From an uncultured Gammaproteobacteria bacterium (GTDB lineage: Bacteria > Pseudomonadota > Gammaproteobacteria > CAVZZX01), in contig CAVZZX010000004.1 of NCBI GenBank assembly GCA_963779865.1, positions 42,661 to 106,660 on the forward strand: 64,000 bases of DNA, written 5' to 3'. Below the pieces are notes generated by a model that saw nothing but the letters and a program-made list of their open reading frames with translations, had not been told where the DNA came from and did not search any database. How positions within the stretch are numbered: position 1 is the first letter of the stretch; each line of letters starts with the position of its first letter. The position numbers and the translations under genes were made by a program. Shown here piece after piece: positions 49,832-60,600 of this stretch.

Positions 49832-51056
49832 TGGCGACGACGCCTCCCACGACCAGGGCGGCGGCGTCGTCGCGCGCGTGCCGCGCGCTGAGCTGCTGCA
49901 TGAGGGCCACACTGCGGCTGACCAACTGGTGCGGGCGCGCGGCGTGCAGGTCCTCGGGCACGCGCTGACCGTCGCCCACATAGGCCACCGGCAGCTCGTG
50001 CTGCAGCAGGACCGACAGCGCACCGCCGAGGCTGCTGGTTTCATCGAGCTTGGTCAGCATGCAGCCGGCGAGCGGCATCCGCTTGAAGGCGCGCACGGTC
50101 TCATCGAGCGCCGCCCGCTGGGTGGTGGCCGAAAGCACGAGGTAGGTCTGGATGCGACTGGAGCTGGCCTGCAGCACCGCGAGCTGCTCGTTCAGGCGCA
50201 TGTCGCGCTGGCTCATGCCTGCGGTATCGATCAGCACCAGCGGCTTGTCGCACAGACCATCGAGCGTGCCGCGCAGCTCCTCCCCGTTGCCGGCGGTACG
50301 CATCGGCACGCCCAGAATCCGCGCGAAGGTGCGCAGCTGCTCATGGGCGCCGACGCGGTAGCTGTCGGTGGTCACCAGGGCCACGCGGCCGAGCCCGTGG
50401 CGCAGGCTGTAGCGGGCGGCGAGCTTGGCGACCGTGGTCGTCTTGCCGACGCCGGTGGGGCCCACCAGCGCCACCACCCCGCCACGTTCGATGATGTCGT
50501 CTCCGGTCACCGCCAGGCTGCGCGCGACCCGCCCCAGGGCGTGGCGCCAGCACTGCTCGAACTCCTGCCCGGCCGGCACCTGGTCGGCGATGCGCCGCGC
50601 CATGCTCGGGTGCAGCCCCAGCCCCACCAGGCGCTGGATGAGGCGCGCGTGCAGCGGGCGGCGGCGTGCCTCCTCGCCCCACGCCAGGCCCGAAAGCTGG
50701 TTGTGAAGCAAGCCGCGCAGGTTGCGCAGCTCGTTCTGCATCTCGACCAGGGTGGGCTCCGGGGACCAGACGCTCGGGCGCGCCGCCGGCGGCGGCGCCG
50801 AAGTGAGTGGCGCGGGCGGCGGGATATCGCGGCTCAGGCGCAGGTCCTCGAGCGCGCGTTCGCGCTCCTTCACCTCGCGGCGCGGCGCCTCCTCGCTGCC
50901 ACCCCACAGAGTCTCGTCGTAGTCCACCGCCGCCACGATCTCGGTGCCGCCGCGGATCCGGCTGTTGGAGAGGATGACCGCGTCGGGGCCGAGTTCCTCG
51001 CGCACCTGACGAATGGCCTGCTTCATATCGGGGGCGACGAATCGCTTGATTCTCAT
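49818..51056 (-). CDS. flhF: SRP-family GTPase FlhF
   Basis: MRIKRF, GPTGVGKTTT, DTAG, TKLDE. Confidence 0.95.
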   Translation of the reverse strand: MRIKRFVAPDMKQAIRQVREELGPDAVILSNSRIRGGTEIVAAVDYDETLWGGSEEAPRREVKERERALEDLRLSRDIPPPAPLTSAPPPAARPSVWSPEPTLVEMQNELRNLRGLLHNQLSGLAWGEEARRRPLHARLIQRLVGLGLHPSMARRIADQVPAGQEFEQCWRHALGRVARSLAVTGDDIIERGGVVALVGPTGVGKTTTVAKLAARYSLRHGLGRVALVTTDSYRVGAHEQLRTFARILGVPMRTAGNGEELRGTLDGLCDKPLVLIDTAGMSQRDMRLNEQLAVLQASSSRIQTYLVLSATTQRAALDETVRAFKRMPLAGCMLTKLDETSSLGGALSVLLQHELPVAYVGDGQRVPEDLHAARPHQLVSRSVALMQQLSARHARDDAAALVVGGVVANAHV

Positions 51057-51089
51057 CGCGTATACCTTCTCGTTCTGCCCCGGCGGGGG

Positions 51090-53189
51090 TCAGCCCGCCG
51101 CCTGCATGCTGGGCTGGCCCACACTGGCGACGATGCGGATCTGCTTCGTGTCCGGCACCTCGTTGTACGAGAGCACGTGCAGTCCCGGAATACTGTGTCG
51201 GACAAAGCGCGCCAGCAAGGGCCGCAATGCGGCCGACGACAGGAGCACCGCCGGCTGGCCGTTCTGCTCCTGCGTGCGGGCGCTCTCGGCCAGGGAGCCA
51301 TGCAAGCGCTCCGCCAGGCCCGGCTCGATGCCCCCGCCGCCGTCCGCCATCTGCAGGGACTGATGCAATAACTGTTCCAACGCAGGGTCCAGGGTGATGA
51401 CCGGCAGCTCGGGTTCTATGCCGTTGATTTGCTGGACGATCAGCCGCCCCAGGGACTCGCGCACGGCCGCGGTGAGGGTGGCGGGGTCTTGACTTCGAGG
51501 GCCGTGCTCCGCCAGGGTTTCGGCGATCGTGCGCATGTCGCGCAGGCTCACGCCCTCCTCCAGCAGGTTCTGCAGGACCTTCACCACCGCGCCGAGCGAC
51601 AGGGTTTCGGGCACCAGGTTCTCGATCAGCTTGGGGGCGTTGCGGGCAAGCAGGTCGAGCAGCTGCTGCACCTCCTCGTGCCCGAGCAGCTCGTGGGCGT
51701 GCTGCTGAATCAGCTGTGACAGGTGGGTGGCCACGACGGTGTTGGCGTCCACCACGGTGTACCCCATGGTCTGCGCCTCCTCGCGCTGCTGCGGCTCCAC
51801 CCACAGCGCCTCGAGGCCGAAGGCCGGGTCCCGTGCCGGGAGTCCGGCGGGCGTGCCAAAGACCTGCCCGGGGTTGATCGCCAGCTCGCGCTCGGGGTGC
51901 ACCTCGGCCTCGCCGACCGTCACCCCGAGCAGCGTCAGGCGATAGGCAGTGGGGGCGAGATCCAGGTTGTCGCGGATGTGAACCGGCGGCACCAGAAAGC
52001 CGAGCTCCTGGGACAGCTTCTTGCGCACGCCCTTGATGCGCGCCATCAGCTCCCCGCCCTGGTTGCGATCGACCATCGGAATGAGCCGGTAGCCGACCTC
52101 CAGCCCGATGGGGTCCACGGGCGTCACATCGTCCCAGCTCAACTCGCGACCCTCGGCGCTGGGCTCCTCGGCGGGCGCCTCCTCCTCCACGAGCTGCGGG
52201 CGTCGAATGCGCTGCTGCAGCCGCCACGCCCAGGCCCCGGAGGCCGCCGCCAGGCTCAGAAAGGCAAGGTTGGGCATGCCCGGGATCACTCCCATCAGGG
52301 CGAGGATCGCACCGGTCACGGCGAATGCGCGCGGGCTGCCCAACAGCTGCTCGAGCAGCTGTTCGCCCATGTCCTGCGCGGTGGACATGCGCGTGACCAT
52401 GATGCCCGCCGCGGTGGAGAGCACCAGCGAGGGGATCTGGGCCACCAGACCGTCGCCGATGGTCAGCAGCGTGTAGTTGCGTGCCGCATCGGCGAAGGAC
52501 AAGCCGTGCTGCGCCATGCCGATCGCCAGGCCGCCGATGATGTTGATGAACAGGATGAGGATGCCGGCCACCGCATCGCCGCGCACGAACTTGCTGGCGC
52601 CGTCCATGGAGCCGTAGAAATCGGCTTCCTGGCCGATCTCCTCGCGCCGCCGACGCGCCTCGTCGGCCTCGATGAGCCCGGCATTGAGATCCGCGTCGAT
52701 CGCCATCTGCTTGCCGGGCATGGCGTCCAGCGTAAAGCGGGCGGTCACTTCGGAGATGCGCGTGGCGCCCTTGGTGACCACCACGAAGTTGATGATCACC
52801 AGGATCAGGAACACCACCATGCCCACCGCATAGTTGCCGCCCACCACGAACTCGCCGAAGGCCTTGATGACCTGGCCGGCCGCGTCGGTGCCGTTGTGTC
52901 CCTCGAGGAGCACGACGCGGGTGGACGCCACGTTCAGGGCGAGGCGCAAGAGCGTGGCGATGAGCAGCACCGAGGGGAACACCCCGAACTCCAGCGGCCG
53001 CAATGCGTAGACCACGACCAGCAGCACCACCAGCGACAGGGCGATGTTGAAGGTGAAGAACAGGTCCAGCAGGAAGGAGGGCAGCGGCAGCACCACCATG
53101 GCCAGCATCACCAGCAGCAGGATCGGCGCGCCGAGCCCGCTGCGCCCGACCGTCTTCAAGGTATTGGCAAGCATGCCTGGTTGTGGCAT
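51090..53189 (-). CDS. flhA: Flagellar export gate protein FlhA
   Basis: RFTLDAMPGKQMAIDADL, FYGSMDGASKFVRGDA. Confidence 0.97.
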   Translation of the reverse strand: MPQPGMLANTLKTVGRSGLGAPILLLVMLAMVVLPLPSFLLDLFFTFNIALSLVVLLVVVYALRPLEFGVFPSVLLIATLLRLALNVASTRVVLLEGHNGTDAAGQVIKAFGEFVVGGNYAVGMVVFLILVIINFVVVTKGATRISEVTARFTLDAMPGKQMAIDADLNAGLIEADEARRRREEIGQEADFYGSMDGASKFVRGDAVAGILILFINIIGGLAIGMAQHGLSFADAARNYTLLTIGDGLVAQIPSLVLSTAAGIMVTRMSTAQDMGEQLLEQLLGSPRAFAVTGAILALMGVIPGMPNLAFLSLAAASGAWAWRLQQRIRRPQLVEEEAPAEEPSAEGRELSWDDVTPVDPIGLEVGYRLIPMVDRNQGGELMARIKGVRKKLSQELGFLVPPVHIRDNLDLAPTAYRLTLLGVTVGEAEVHPERELAINPGQVFGTPAGLPARDPAFGLEALWVEPQQREEAQTMGYTVVDANTVVATHLSQLIQQHAHELLGHEEVQQLLDLLARNAPKLIENLVPETLSLGAVVKVLQNLLEEGVSLRDMRTIAETLAEHGPRSQDPATLTAAVRESLGRLIVQQINGIEPELPVITLDPALEQLLHQSLQMADGGGGIEPGLAERLHGSLAESARTQEQNGQPAVLLSSAALRPLLARFVRHSIPGLHVLSYNEVPDTKQIRIVASVGQPSMQAAG

Positions 53190-53206
53190 CGACGCGGCTC
53201 CTCAGC

Positions 53207-54331
53207 TCAGTCGTAACGCAGGTCGTCGGGGATCGGGAGATCCGCGACGTCGAGGTGTGGCGCTTTCGTGCCGGCGCGCTTGAGCTGGAACACGTAGGCC
53301 AGCACCTTGGCGACCGCGATATACAGCCCGGCGGGGATCTCGCGCTCCAGTTCGGTGGTGTGATAGAGCGCGCGCGCCAATGGCGGCGCCGCCAGCAGCG
53401 GCACGCGGTGGTGGACCGCAATCTCGCGGATCTTCGCGGCGATGGAGTCGGCCCCCTTGGCGACCACCACCGGCGCCCCGTGACGCTCCTGGCGATAGCG
53501 CAGGGCCACCGCGTAGTGCTGCGGGTTGGTGATGACGACGTCGGCCTCGGGCACTTCGGCCATCATGCGCCGCTGCGCCATCTCCCGCTGCAGGCCACGC
53601 ACGCGCGAGCGGGTCTCCGGGCTGCCCTCGGTCTGTTTGTGCTCGTCCTTGACCTCCTGATGAGACATGCGCAACTGGCGCTTGTGGTCCCAGAGCTGGA
53701 ACGGCACGTCGGCGGCGGCGATCAGCACCAGCGCCGCGCCCAGCAGCAGAAAGGCCGAGAGCAGCAGGTCGCCGGCGTGGGCGATGGCCTGGTGCAGCGG
53801 CTCGAAGCCGAGTCCGATGAACTCCGCGGCCTTGGCATGCAGAAAGCCCACCGCCACCGCACCGATGAGCACGAACTTGAGCAGCGCCTTGAACAGCTCG
53901 ATCAGCCCGCGCCAGGCAAACACCCGCTTGAGGCCGCGTATCGGGTCGAGCTTGTCCCACTTGAAGCCCAGCGACTGCAGGCTGAAGGTCCAGCCGCCCA
54001 GCACGCCGGGGGCCGCCAGCGCCGCCACGCTCAGCAGCACCAGCAGCGGCGCCACGGTGAGCAGGCCGTCGTACACGCCGGCGCTCAGCGCCGCGACGCC
54101 GGCCTGCGGGTCGAAGATCTGGGCGCGGCTGGGCGTGAAGTGCCGGTGCATGAGCGCGAGCAGCCCGTCGATGACCCCCGGCCCCATGAGGCTGCCGCCC
54201 ACGCCCGCCGTCAGCATCAGGAGCATGGTGCTGAGCTCGCGCGAGCGCGCGATCTGGCCCTTCTCCCGCGCCTGTTCACGGCGCCGCGCGGTCGGCTCCT
54301 CGGTGCGTTCCTGATCGTCGTTCCCGGCCAT
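53207..54331 (-). CDS. flhB: Flagellar export switch protein FlhB
   Basis: RTEEPT, KQTEGSPE, NPQH cleavage-site variant, AVALRY. Confidence 0.96.
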   Translation of the reverse strand: MAGNDDQERTEEPTARRREQAREKGQIARSRELSTMLLMLTAGVGGSLMGPGVIDGLLALMHRHFTPSRAQIFDPQAGVAALSAGVYDGLLTVAPLLVLLSVAALAAPGVLGGWTFSLQSLGFKWDKLDPIRGLKRVFAWRGLIELFKALLKFVLIGAVAVGFLHAKAAEFIGLGFEPLHQAIAHAGDLLLSAFLLLGAALVLIAAADVPFQLWDHKRQLRMSHQEVKDEHKQTEGSPETRSRVRGLQREMAQRRMMAEVPEADVVITNPQHYAVALRYRQERHGAPVVVAKGADSIAAKIREIAVHHRVPLLAAPPLARALYHTTELEREIPAGLYIAVAKVLAYVFQLKRAGTKAPHLDVADLPIPDDLRYD

Positions 54332-54332
54332 C

Positions 54333-55112
54333 TCAGCCGCCGCCTCCGGCGAGCTGGCGCAACAGGCGGAAGCTGTCGGCGAGGACCAGGTCGGTGCGCG
54401 GCAGGACGCTGGGCAGGGTGGCGAGGATCACCGCAAAGCCCAGCACCATGGTGATCGGGAAGCCCACGGCGAAGATGTTGAGCTGCGGCGCCGAGCGGGT
54501 CATCACGCCGAAGGCCAGGTTGACGATGAGCAGCGAGGCGATCGCGGGGATGGCGATGCTCACCGCGCCGGCGAACAGCTGGCTGCCGAACAGCACCAGC
54601 TGCCACACGTTCTCGGGCGCCAAGCCCTGGACCCCCACCGGCAGGCTCCGGAAGCTGTCGACCAGGGTCTCGATCAGGACCAGGTGGCCGCCCAGTGCCA
54701 GGAAGATCAGCGTCGCCATCAGCAGGTAGAGCTGACTGACCACCGGCGTCTGCGAGCCGTTCTGCGGGTCCACCATGGCCGCGAAGCCGAGTCCCATCTG
54801 CATGGCCACCACCTGCCCCCCCGTGACGAAGGCGCTGAACGTGAGCTGCAGGGCGAAGCCCAGCGCCAGGCCCACCACGATCTGCTGCGCCGTGATCAGC
54901 GCCGCCGCGGCGCTCAGCGGGTCGACCGCCGGGGCGGGCGGCAGCAGCGGGGCCACGGGGATGGTCAGCGCGAGGGCGAACAGCAGGCGCACCCGCGCCG
55001 GGACGCTGCGCGCGGCGAACACCGGCGCCACCGAGGTCATGGCGGCGATCCGGAAGAAGGGCCACATGAAGGCCCCCACCCAGGCAGTCAGCTCAGCGCT
55101 CGTGAGGTGCAT
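54333..55112 (-). CDS. fliR: Flagellar export protein FliR
   Basis: GQVVAMQMGLGFA..DP, APQLNIFAVGFP. Confidence 0.95.
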   Translation of the reverse strand: MHLTSAELTAWVGAFMWPFFRIAAMTSVAPVFAARSVPARVRLLFALALTIPVAPLLPPAPAVDPLSAAAALITAQQIVVGLALGFALQLTFSAFVTGGQVVAMQMGLGFAAMVDPQNGSQTPVVSQLYLLMATLIFLALGGHLVLIETLVDSFRSLPVGVQGLAPENVWQLVLFGSQLFAGAVSIAIPAIASLLIVNLAFGVMTRSAPQLNIFAVGFPITMVLGFAVILATLPSVLPRTDLVLADSFRLLRQLAGGGG

Positions 55113-55113
55113 G

Positions 55114-55383
55114 TCAGCCGATCAGGTGCGGGATCTCGCGCACCAGCTGGTGCATGTAGTCCATCAGCAGCCGCAGCATCCAGGGACCGGCGATCATCAG
55201 CGTGAGCAGGGTCACCAGCAGCTTGGGGATGAAGCTCAAGGTCATCTCGTTGATCTGCGTGGCGGCCTGAAACATGCTCACCAGCAGGCCGACGGCGAGC
55301 GCGGGGAGCAGCACCACCAGCACCAGCAGCAGCAACACCTGCAGGGCGTGCTGGAAGATGGACATCACGGTATCGGGTGTCAC
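55114..55383 (-). CDS. fliQ: Flagellar export protein FliQ
   Basis: FQAATQINEMTLSFIPK. Confidence 0.95.
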   Translation of the reverse strand: MTPDTVMSIFQHALQVLLLLVLVVLLPALAVGLLVSMFQAATQINEMTLSFIPKLLVTLLTLMIAGPWMLRLLMDYMHQLVREIPHLIG

Positions 55384-55399
55384 ACGCGCCTCCCCGCAC

Positions 55400-56155
55400 T
55401 CACATGTAGAAGCTCGAGGCGAGGGTGCCCATCACCAGGCTCCAGCCGTCGACCAGCACGAACAGCATGATCTTGAAGGGCAGCGAGACGATCATCGGCG
55501 AGAGCATCATCATGCCCATGGACATCAGCACGCTGGCCACCACCAGGTCGATGACCAGGAAGGGGATGAACAGCAGAAAGCCGATCTGAAATGCGGTCTT
55601 CAGCTCGCTGGTGACGAATGCGGGCACCAGCAGGGTGAGCGGCACGTCCTCGCGCGACTGCAGCGGCGCGCTGTGCGACATGCGCGCGAACAAGCCGAGG
55701 TCGCTCTCCCGGGTCTGCCCCAGCATGAACGCGCGCAGCGGGCTCGCGGCCTTCTCGGCGGCCTGCTGCAGCGTGAGCTGATCCGCCATGTAGGGTTGCA
55801 CCGCGTCGTCGTAGATGCGGTTGAACACCGGCGCCATGATGAACAGGGTGAGGAACAGCGCCAGCCCGAGCAGCGTCTGCGAGGACGGGGCGTTCACCAG
55901 CCCCAGCGCCTGGCGCAGGATGGACAGCACAATGATGATGCGGGTGAAGGAGGTCATCATCATGAGGGCCGCCGGCAGCAGGGTCAGCGCCGTCATCAGC
56001 AGCAGCACCTGGATGCTGAGGCTGTAGGTCTCGCTGCCGTCGGGGTTGGTGGTCACCGACAGCGCGTGCAGCCCGTCCTCGGCCATGGCCGCGAGCGGCA
56101 CCAGGCACAGCGCGAGCAGCAGCAGGACGCGCAGCAGCGCACGCCGGCGGGTCAC
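55400..56155 (-). CDS. fliP: Flagellar export protein FliP
   Basis: [34 protein letters not shown]; GTG at 56155. Confidence 0.95.
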   Translation of the reverse strand: MTRRRALLRVLLLLALCLVPLAAMAEDGLHALSVTTNPDGSETYSLSIQVLLLMTALTLLPAALMMMTSFTRIIIVLSILRQALGLVNAPSSQTLLGLALFLTLFIMAPVFNRIYDDAVQPYMADQLTLQQAAEKAASPLRAFMLGQTRESDLGLFARMSHSAPLQSREDVPLTLLVPAFVTSELKTAFQIGFLLFIPFLVIDLVVASVLMSMGMMMLSPMIVSLPFKIMLFVLVDGWSLVMGTLASSFYM

Positions 56156-56574
56156 GTCCGCCCTCCGGCACTCTTCAGGGCGGCCGCCAGGCGTTCGGCG
56201 AAGCGCGGGGACGGCTCGCACGGCGGGCGGCGGGGCGCCAGCGGCTCCTCCAGCACGTGCAGGGTCTGCACCCGTCCCGGCGCCACGCCCAGCAGGATTT
56301 GCGTCTCGCCCGCCTGGATGAGCACCACCCGCTCGCGGCTGCCGAGGGACAGCCCCCCCAGAACCCGCAGCCCGTCGCCGACGCCGCCCTGCAGACGGCC
56401 CATGCGCCGCGCCGCCCAGGCCAGCGCGGCGATCAGGGCGAGCACGATAAACAGTCCGAGCAGCATCTGCAGATAGCTGCCCACGCCCAGGTCGCCCGCG
56501 GGGCCCGGCCCCGGCGCGGCAAGCGCCGGCACCGGCACACATGCCGCAGCGGCCAGAAGCAGACGCCGAATCAT
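56152..56574 (-). CDS. fliO: Flagellar protein FliO
   Basis: Transmembrane segment followed by [15 protein letters not shown]. Confidence 0.9.
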   Translation of the reverse strand: MIRRLLLAAAACVPVPALAAPGPGPAGDLGVGSYLQMLLGLFIVLALIAALAWAARRMGRLQGGVGDGLRVLGGLSLGSRERVVLIQAGETQILLGVAPGRVQTLHVLEEPLAPRRPPCEPSPRFAERLAAALKSAGGRT

Positions 56575-56978
56575 TTGAGCTTCTTCACCCGCTCCGCCGG
56601 GCTGATCACGTCGGTCAGGCGGATGCCGAATTTGTCGTTGACCACCACCACCTCCCCATGCGCGATCAGCGTGCCGTTGACCAGCACGTCCATCGGCTCG
56701 CCGGCGAGACGGTCCAGCTCGATCACCGACCCCTGATTGAGCTGCAGCAGATTGCGGATGTTGATGCGGGTGCGCCCGATCTCCATCGACAGGCTCACCG
56801 GAATATCGAGGATCACATCGAGGTTCACGTCCTCGTTGAACACCGGGCGACCATCGTCCTGCAGATCGTCAAAATCGGCCTGCGCCACGGGCGCCTGGGC
56901 GTCGGCCTCGCCGTCTTCGGCCGCGGCCTGCTCGGACATCGCCTCGGCCCAATCGCCCATCACGTCTTCTTCACTCAT
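56571..56978 (-). CDS. fliN: Flagellar C-ring protein FliN
   Basis: [25 protein letters not shown]. Confidence 0.96.
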   Translation of the reverse strand: MSEEDVMGDWAEAMSEQAAAEDGEADAQAPVAQADFDDLQDDGRPVFNEDVNLDVILDIPVSLSMEIGRTRINIRNLLQLNQGSVIELDRLAGEPMDVLVNGTLIAHGEVVVVNDKFGIRLTDVISPAERVKKLK

Positions 56979-57988
56979 CGGGCACGCCCTCGCTGCTGTA
57001 TGTCGTTTTCCGTCCGCGGCCGTTTGACCTGCTGGGTGACCTTCACCGCCATGTTGCCGCGGTGTACGCCGTAGCGACCGCGCAGCACCGGAATGTCTTC
57101 GGCCAGCAGGGTGACCAGTTCGGGCAGGTCGATCGGGATCACATCGCCGGGCTTGAGTTTGAGCACCTCACGCATGGTGAGCGTGGCCGAAGCGAGCATC
57201 GAGGAGATCTCCACTTCGGCCATCTTGATTTCATCGCGCAGGGCATGCGTCCAACGCTCGTCGACCTCGGCACGGTCGCTCTGGATACCGGCATCGAGCA
57301 GCTCGCGAATGGGTTCGATCATTGCGTACGGCATGGTCACGTGCAGGTCGCCCCCGCCGCCCTCGAGCTCGACGTTAAACGAGTTCACCACCACCACCTC
57401 ACTGGGGCTGACGATGTTGGCGAATTGCGGGTTGACCTCCATGTTGAGGAAGTCGAAGCCCACCTCCAGCACCGGGTTCCAGGCGGCCTTCAAGTCCTTG
57501 AAGGCAAGGTCGAGGATCATCTGGATCACGCGCTGTTCGGTCGGGGTGAACTCCCGACCCTCGATCTTGGCCGGGAAACGACCGTCGCCGCCGAAGAAGT
57601 TGTCCACGATGATGAACACCAGCTTCGGGTCGAGGACGAACAGCGCCGTGCCGCGCAGCGGGCGCACGCGCACCAGATTGAGGCTGGTGGGTACGAACAG
57701 GCTCTGCATGTATTCGGAGAACTTGAGCATCTGCACGCCGCGCACCGAGATCTCGGCCGAGCGGCGCAGGAGATTGAACAGGCTGATGCGAAAGTGCCGA
57801 GCGAAGCGCTCGTTGATCATCTCCAGGGTGGGCATGCGCCCACGCACGATGCGGTCCTGACTGGCAAAGTCGTAGGAGTGCGGCTTGCCGTCGGGACCGA
57901 GCGCCTCCTCGGTCTCCACGTCGCCGCTGGACACGCCGTGCAGCAGCGCGTCGATTTCGTCCTGTGTAAGTAGGTCGTTGGCGGACAT
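56975..57988 (-). CDS. fliM: Flagellar C-ring protein FliM
   Basis: LLTQDEIDALL, GRMPTLE, FGGDG, EVNPQF. Start 57988. Confidence 0.96.
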   Translation of the reverse strand: MSANDLLTQDEIDALLHGVSSGDVETEEALGPDGKPHSYDFASQDRIVRGRMPTLEMINERFARHFRISLFNLLRRSAEISVRGVQMLKFSEYMQSLFVPTSLNLVRVRPLRGTALFVLDPKLVFIIVDNFFGGDGRFPAKIEGREFTPTEQRVIQMILDLAFKDLKAAWNPVLEVGFDFLNMEVNPQFANIVSPSEVVVVNSFNVELEGGGGDLHVTMPYAMIEPIRELLDAGIQSDRAEVDERWTHALRDEIKMAEVEISSMLASATLTMREVLKLKPGDVIPIDLPELVTLLAEDIPVLRGRYGVHRGNMAVKVTQQVKRPRTENDIQQRGRAR

Positions 57989-57993
57989 GGCGT

Positions 57994-58485
57994 CTACTGC
58001 ATCACGAAACTGGTGAAGTACACCGCTTCCACGCGCCCCTGGCCGCCCGCCTCGGCGAGCACCTTGTTGATGGTGCCGATCAGGGCGGCGCGCAGCTTCT
58101 CCTTGCCGCTGCGGGTACGCACCTGCTCGTGGGTCTGACTGCTGAGCAGGAGCAGGATGTTGTTGCGGATCACCGGCATGTGGCGCTTGACCGCATCGAG
58201 CACCGCCTCGTCGCGGGCCATGACCTGGAGGGCAACCTGCAGGTAGCGGGGCCCCTGCGGCTGCTCGAAGTTCACGATGAACTCCGGGTCCAGGGCCAGG
58301 TAGAGCGCGGGCTCGGGCGCCGCGGCGGCATCGGCGGCGGCCGCCTCGGGCGCCGCGCCGAGGACATAGAAGGCCGCGGCGCCGGCGCCGCCCAGGCCGA
58401 GCAACGCGAGCGCGATCCACAGCCACAGGCGCGACTTCTTGGGCGGGGCGGGCGGTTGAGACTCTTCGGCTGCTGCCACGGACAC
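57994..58485 (-). CDS. fliL: Flagellar basal-body protein FliL
   Basis: Single transmembrane segment, FIVN, YLQV, VYFTSFVMQ. Confidence 0.93.
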   Translation of the reverse strand: MSVAAAEESQPPAPPKKSRLWLWIALALLGLGGAGAAAFYVLGAAPEAAAADAAAAPEPALYLALDPEFIVNFEQPQGPRYLQVALQVMARDEAVLDAVKRHMPVIRNNILLLLSSQTHEQVRTRSGKEKLRAALIGTINKVLAEAGGQGRVEAVYFTSFVMQ

Positions 58486-58523
58486 TGCTCCCGGTTGCGT
58501 AAGACGTGTGCCGGGGCGATGAA

Positions 58524-58540
58524 AGCAAGACCTGTGCCAA
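58524..58540 (-). promoter_or_regulatory. sigma54 promoter of the fliL operon
   Basis: TTGGCACAGGTCTTGCT, a near-consensus -24/-12 element. Confidence 0.85.
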
Positions 58541-58634
58541 GGGTGGATCAGGGGTAATCAGGGGCGGGTCACGGCCGGAAATGCCGAATCAACAGGGACT
58601 TGGACGCCGTGCTCGGTGGGAAGCCCGCCAGGGT

Positions 58635-58685
58635 GCCGGCTTTTTGACTGCGGGGGCCCAAGCGGCCCGGCGGGATTATGACTGC
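58635..58685 (-). promoter_or_regulatory. Candidate FleQ/FlrA-type enhancer sites
   Basis: GTCAAAAAGCCGGC (58648-58635) and GTCATAATCCCGCC share GCAGTCA, 34 bp apart, about 100-150 bp upstream of the sigma54 site. Confidence 0.45.
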
Positions 58686-58686
58686 C

Positions 58687-59238
58687 TCAGGGCAGGGGCC
58701 GAAACAACTCGGAACGGTAGTGTTGCAGCTCGCGGATCGAGTCGCGGATGTCGTCCAGGGCCAGGTGCGCCCCCTGCTTGCCAAACCTGCGGTAGACCTC
58801 CGGCGCCCAGCGACGGGCCAGCTCCTTGAGGGTGCTCACGTCCAGGTTCCGGTAGTGAAAGTGCGCTTCGAGCTCGGGCATGCAGCGCGCCAGGAAGCGG
58901 CGGTCCTGGCAGATGCTGTTGCCGCACATGGGCGAGGCCTGGGCCGGCACGTGTCGGCGCAGGAACTCCAGCGTGCCCTGCTCGGCCTGCCGCTCGTCGA
59001 CATCGCTGGCGCGCACGCGCTCGAGCAGGCCCGAGCCGCCGTGCTGATTCCGGTTCCACTCGTCCATCCGCTCGAGGGCGGTCGCCGGCTGCTGGATGGC
59101 GTAGACCGGGCCTTCCGCGACGACGTTCAGCGCGCTATCGGTCACGATCGTGGCGATCTCGATGATGTGGTCGCGCTGGGTGTCCAGGCCGGTCATCTCG
59201 AGGTCGATCCAGATCAGGTTGTCCGCGCTCGGTGTCAT
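58687..59238 (-). CDS. orn: Oligoribonuclease
   Basis: [41 protein letters not shown]. Start 59238. Confidence 0.96.
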   Translation of the reverse strand: MTPSADNLIWIDLEMTGLDTQRDHIIEIATIVTDSALNVVAEGPVYAIQQPATALERMDEWNRNQHGGSGLLERVRASDVDERQAEQGTLEFLRRHVPAQASPMCGNSICQDRRFLARCMPELEAHFHYRNLDVSTLKELARRWAPEVYRRFGKQGAHLALDDIRDSIRELQHYRSELFRPLP

Positions 59239-59257
59239 TGCCGGGTCCGCCGTTGGC

Positions 59258-59286
59258 TTGCGGGCGATTGTAACAGAGGCTAGGCT
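59258..59286. promoter_or_regulatory. Overlapping divergent sigma70 promoters (orn / M48 peptidase)
   Basis: + strand TTGCGG-17 nt-TAGGCT; - strand extended -10 TGT-TACAAT at 59275-59267. Confidence 0.45.
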
Positions 59287-59320
59287 TGCCTGCCGTGGCC
59301 CCTGCGGAATCGCTCCGCCG

Positions 59321-60568
59321 ATGAATGCCTTCGGCATCCTGCTCCTGACGCTCCTGGCGCTGTCCCTGCTCGTGCAGGCGTGGCTGGCGCGGCGCCAGGT
59401 CGCTCACGTGCGCCGCCACCGCACCGATGTCCCCCCGCCGTTCGCCGATCGCATCTCGCTCGCCGCACATCAGCGCGCCGCGGACTATACGGTGGCACGG
59501 CTGCGTTTTGCCCTCGCGGCGGCGGCCGCCAACGGGCTGCTGCTGCTCGGCTGGACCTATGGCGGCGCCCTCAACCGGCTCGACGCCTTCTGGCAGGCGC
59601 AGGATTGGCCGGCGCCGTGGAGCGGCACCGCCCTGCTGCTCAGCTTTGTCGCCCTCAGCGCCCTGCTGGACATCCCCTTCGATGCCTGGCGCCAGCTGCG
59701 CCTGGAGCGCCGCTTCGGCTTCGGCCGCATCACGGCGGCGCTGTTCGTGGCCGATCAGGCCAAGGAGTTGACGGTGCTGCTGGTGATCGCCGCCCCCCTG
59801 TGCCTCGCGGCGCTGTGGCTCATGCACGTGCTGCCGCACGGCTGGTGGCTCGCGCTATGGGCACTATGGAGTGCGTTCAGCGTGCTGTTGCTGTGGGCCT
59901 ACCCCGCGCTGATCGCGCCGCTGTTCAACCGCTTCACCCCGCTGGCGGACGTGGCCCTCGCCGGCCGCATCGAGGCCCTGTTGCGGCGCAGCGGGTTCTC
60001 CAGCCGGGGCGTGCTGGTGGCCGACGGCTCACGCCGCTCCAGCCACGGCAACGCCTATTTCACGGGACTGGGCCGCAGCAAGCGGATCGTCTTCTTCGAC
60101 ACCCTGATCGACGCGCTCACGCCGGAGCAGATCGAGGCGGTGCTCGCCCACGAGCTGGGCCACTTCAAGCTGCATCACGTACAAAAGCGCCTGCTCGCGC
60201 TGGTCCTCCTCAGCCTGGTTGCCTTTGCCACACTCGGCTGGCTCGCCGAACAACCGTGGTTCTACGCCGGGCTGGGTGTGCAGCGCCACGCACCGTCGCT
60301 GGCGCTGGTGCTGTTTCTGCTGCTGACTCCCGTGGTCAGCTTCTTCTTCACCCCGCTGGCCGCCCACTTCAGCCGCAAACACGAGTTCGAGGCCGATCGG
60401 TTCGCCAGCGAGCAGACGGATACGGCCCCGCTCATCGAGGCCCTGGTGACGCTCTACCGGGACAACGCCGGCACCCTGAGCTCCGATCCGTTGTACTCAC
60501 GCTTCCACGACTCCCACCCGCCGGCACCGGTGCGGATCGCCTCGTTGTCGAGTAGAATGCAGGGGTAA
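59321..60568 (+). CDS. M48 (Ste24-like) membrane zinc protease
   Basis: [13 protein letters not shown] (HExxH), EFEAD, SHP. Confidence 0.92.
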   Translation: MNAFGILLLTLLALSLLVQAWLARRQVAHVRRHRTDVPPPFADRISLAAHQRAADYTVARLRFALAAAAANGLLLLGWTYGGALNRLDAFWQAQDWPAPWSGTALLLSFVALSALLDIPFDAWRQLRLERRFGFGRITAALFVADQAKELTVLLVIAAPLCLAALWLMHVLPHGWWLALWALWSAFSVLLLWAYPALIAPLFNRFTPLADVALAGRIEALLRRSGFSSRGVLVADGSRRSSHGNAYFTGLGRSKRIVFFDTLIDALTPEQIEAVLAHELGHFKLHHVQKRLLALVLLSLVAFATLGWLAEQPWFYAGLGVQRHAPSLALVLFLLLTPVVSFFFTPLAAHFSRKHEFEADRFASEQTDTAPLIEALVTLYRDNAGTLSSDPLYSRFHDSHPPAPVRIASLSSRMQG

Positions 60569-60600
60569 CATCCTGCCGGCCACTTCAGGAAGGAATCGCC

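Noticed and set aside
53500-53540. FlhB has NPQH instead of NPTH
   Set aside because: The catalytic Asn-Pro is retained and third-position variation is tolerated; there is no reason to infer loss of cleavage.
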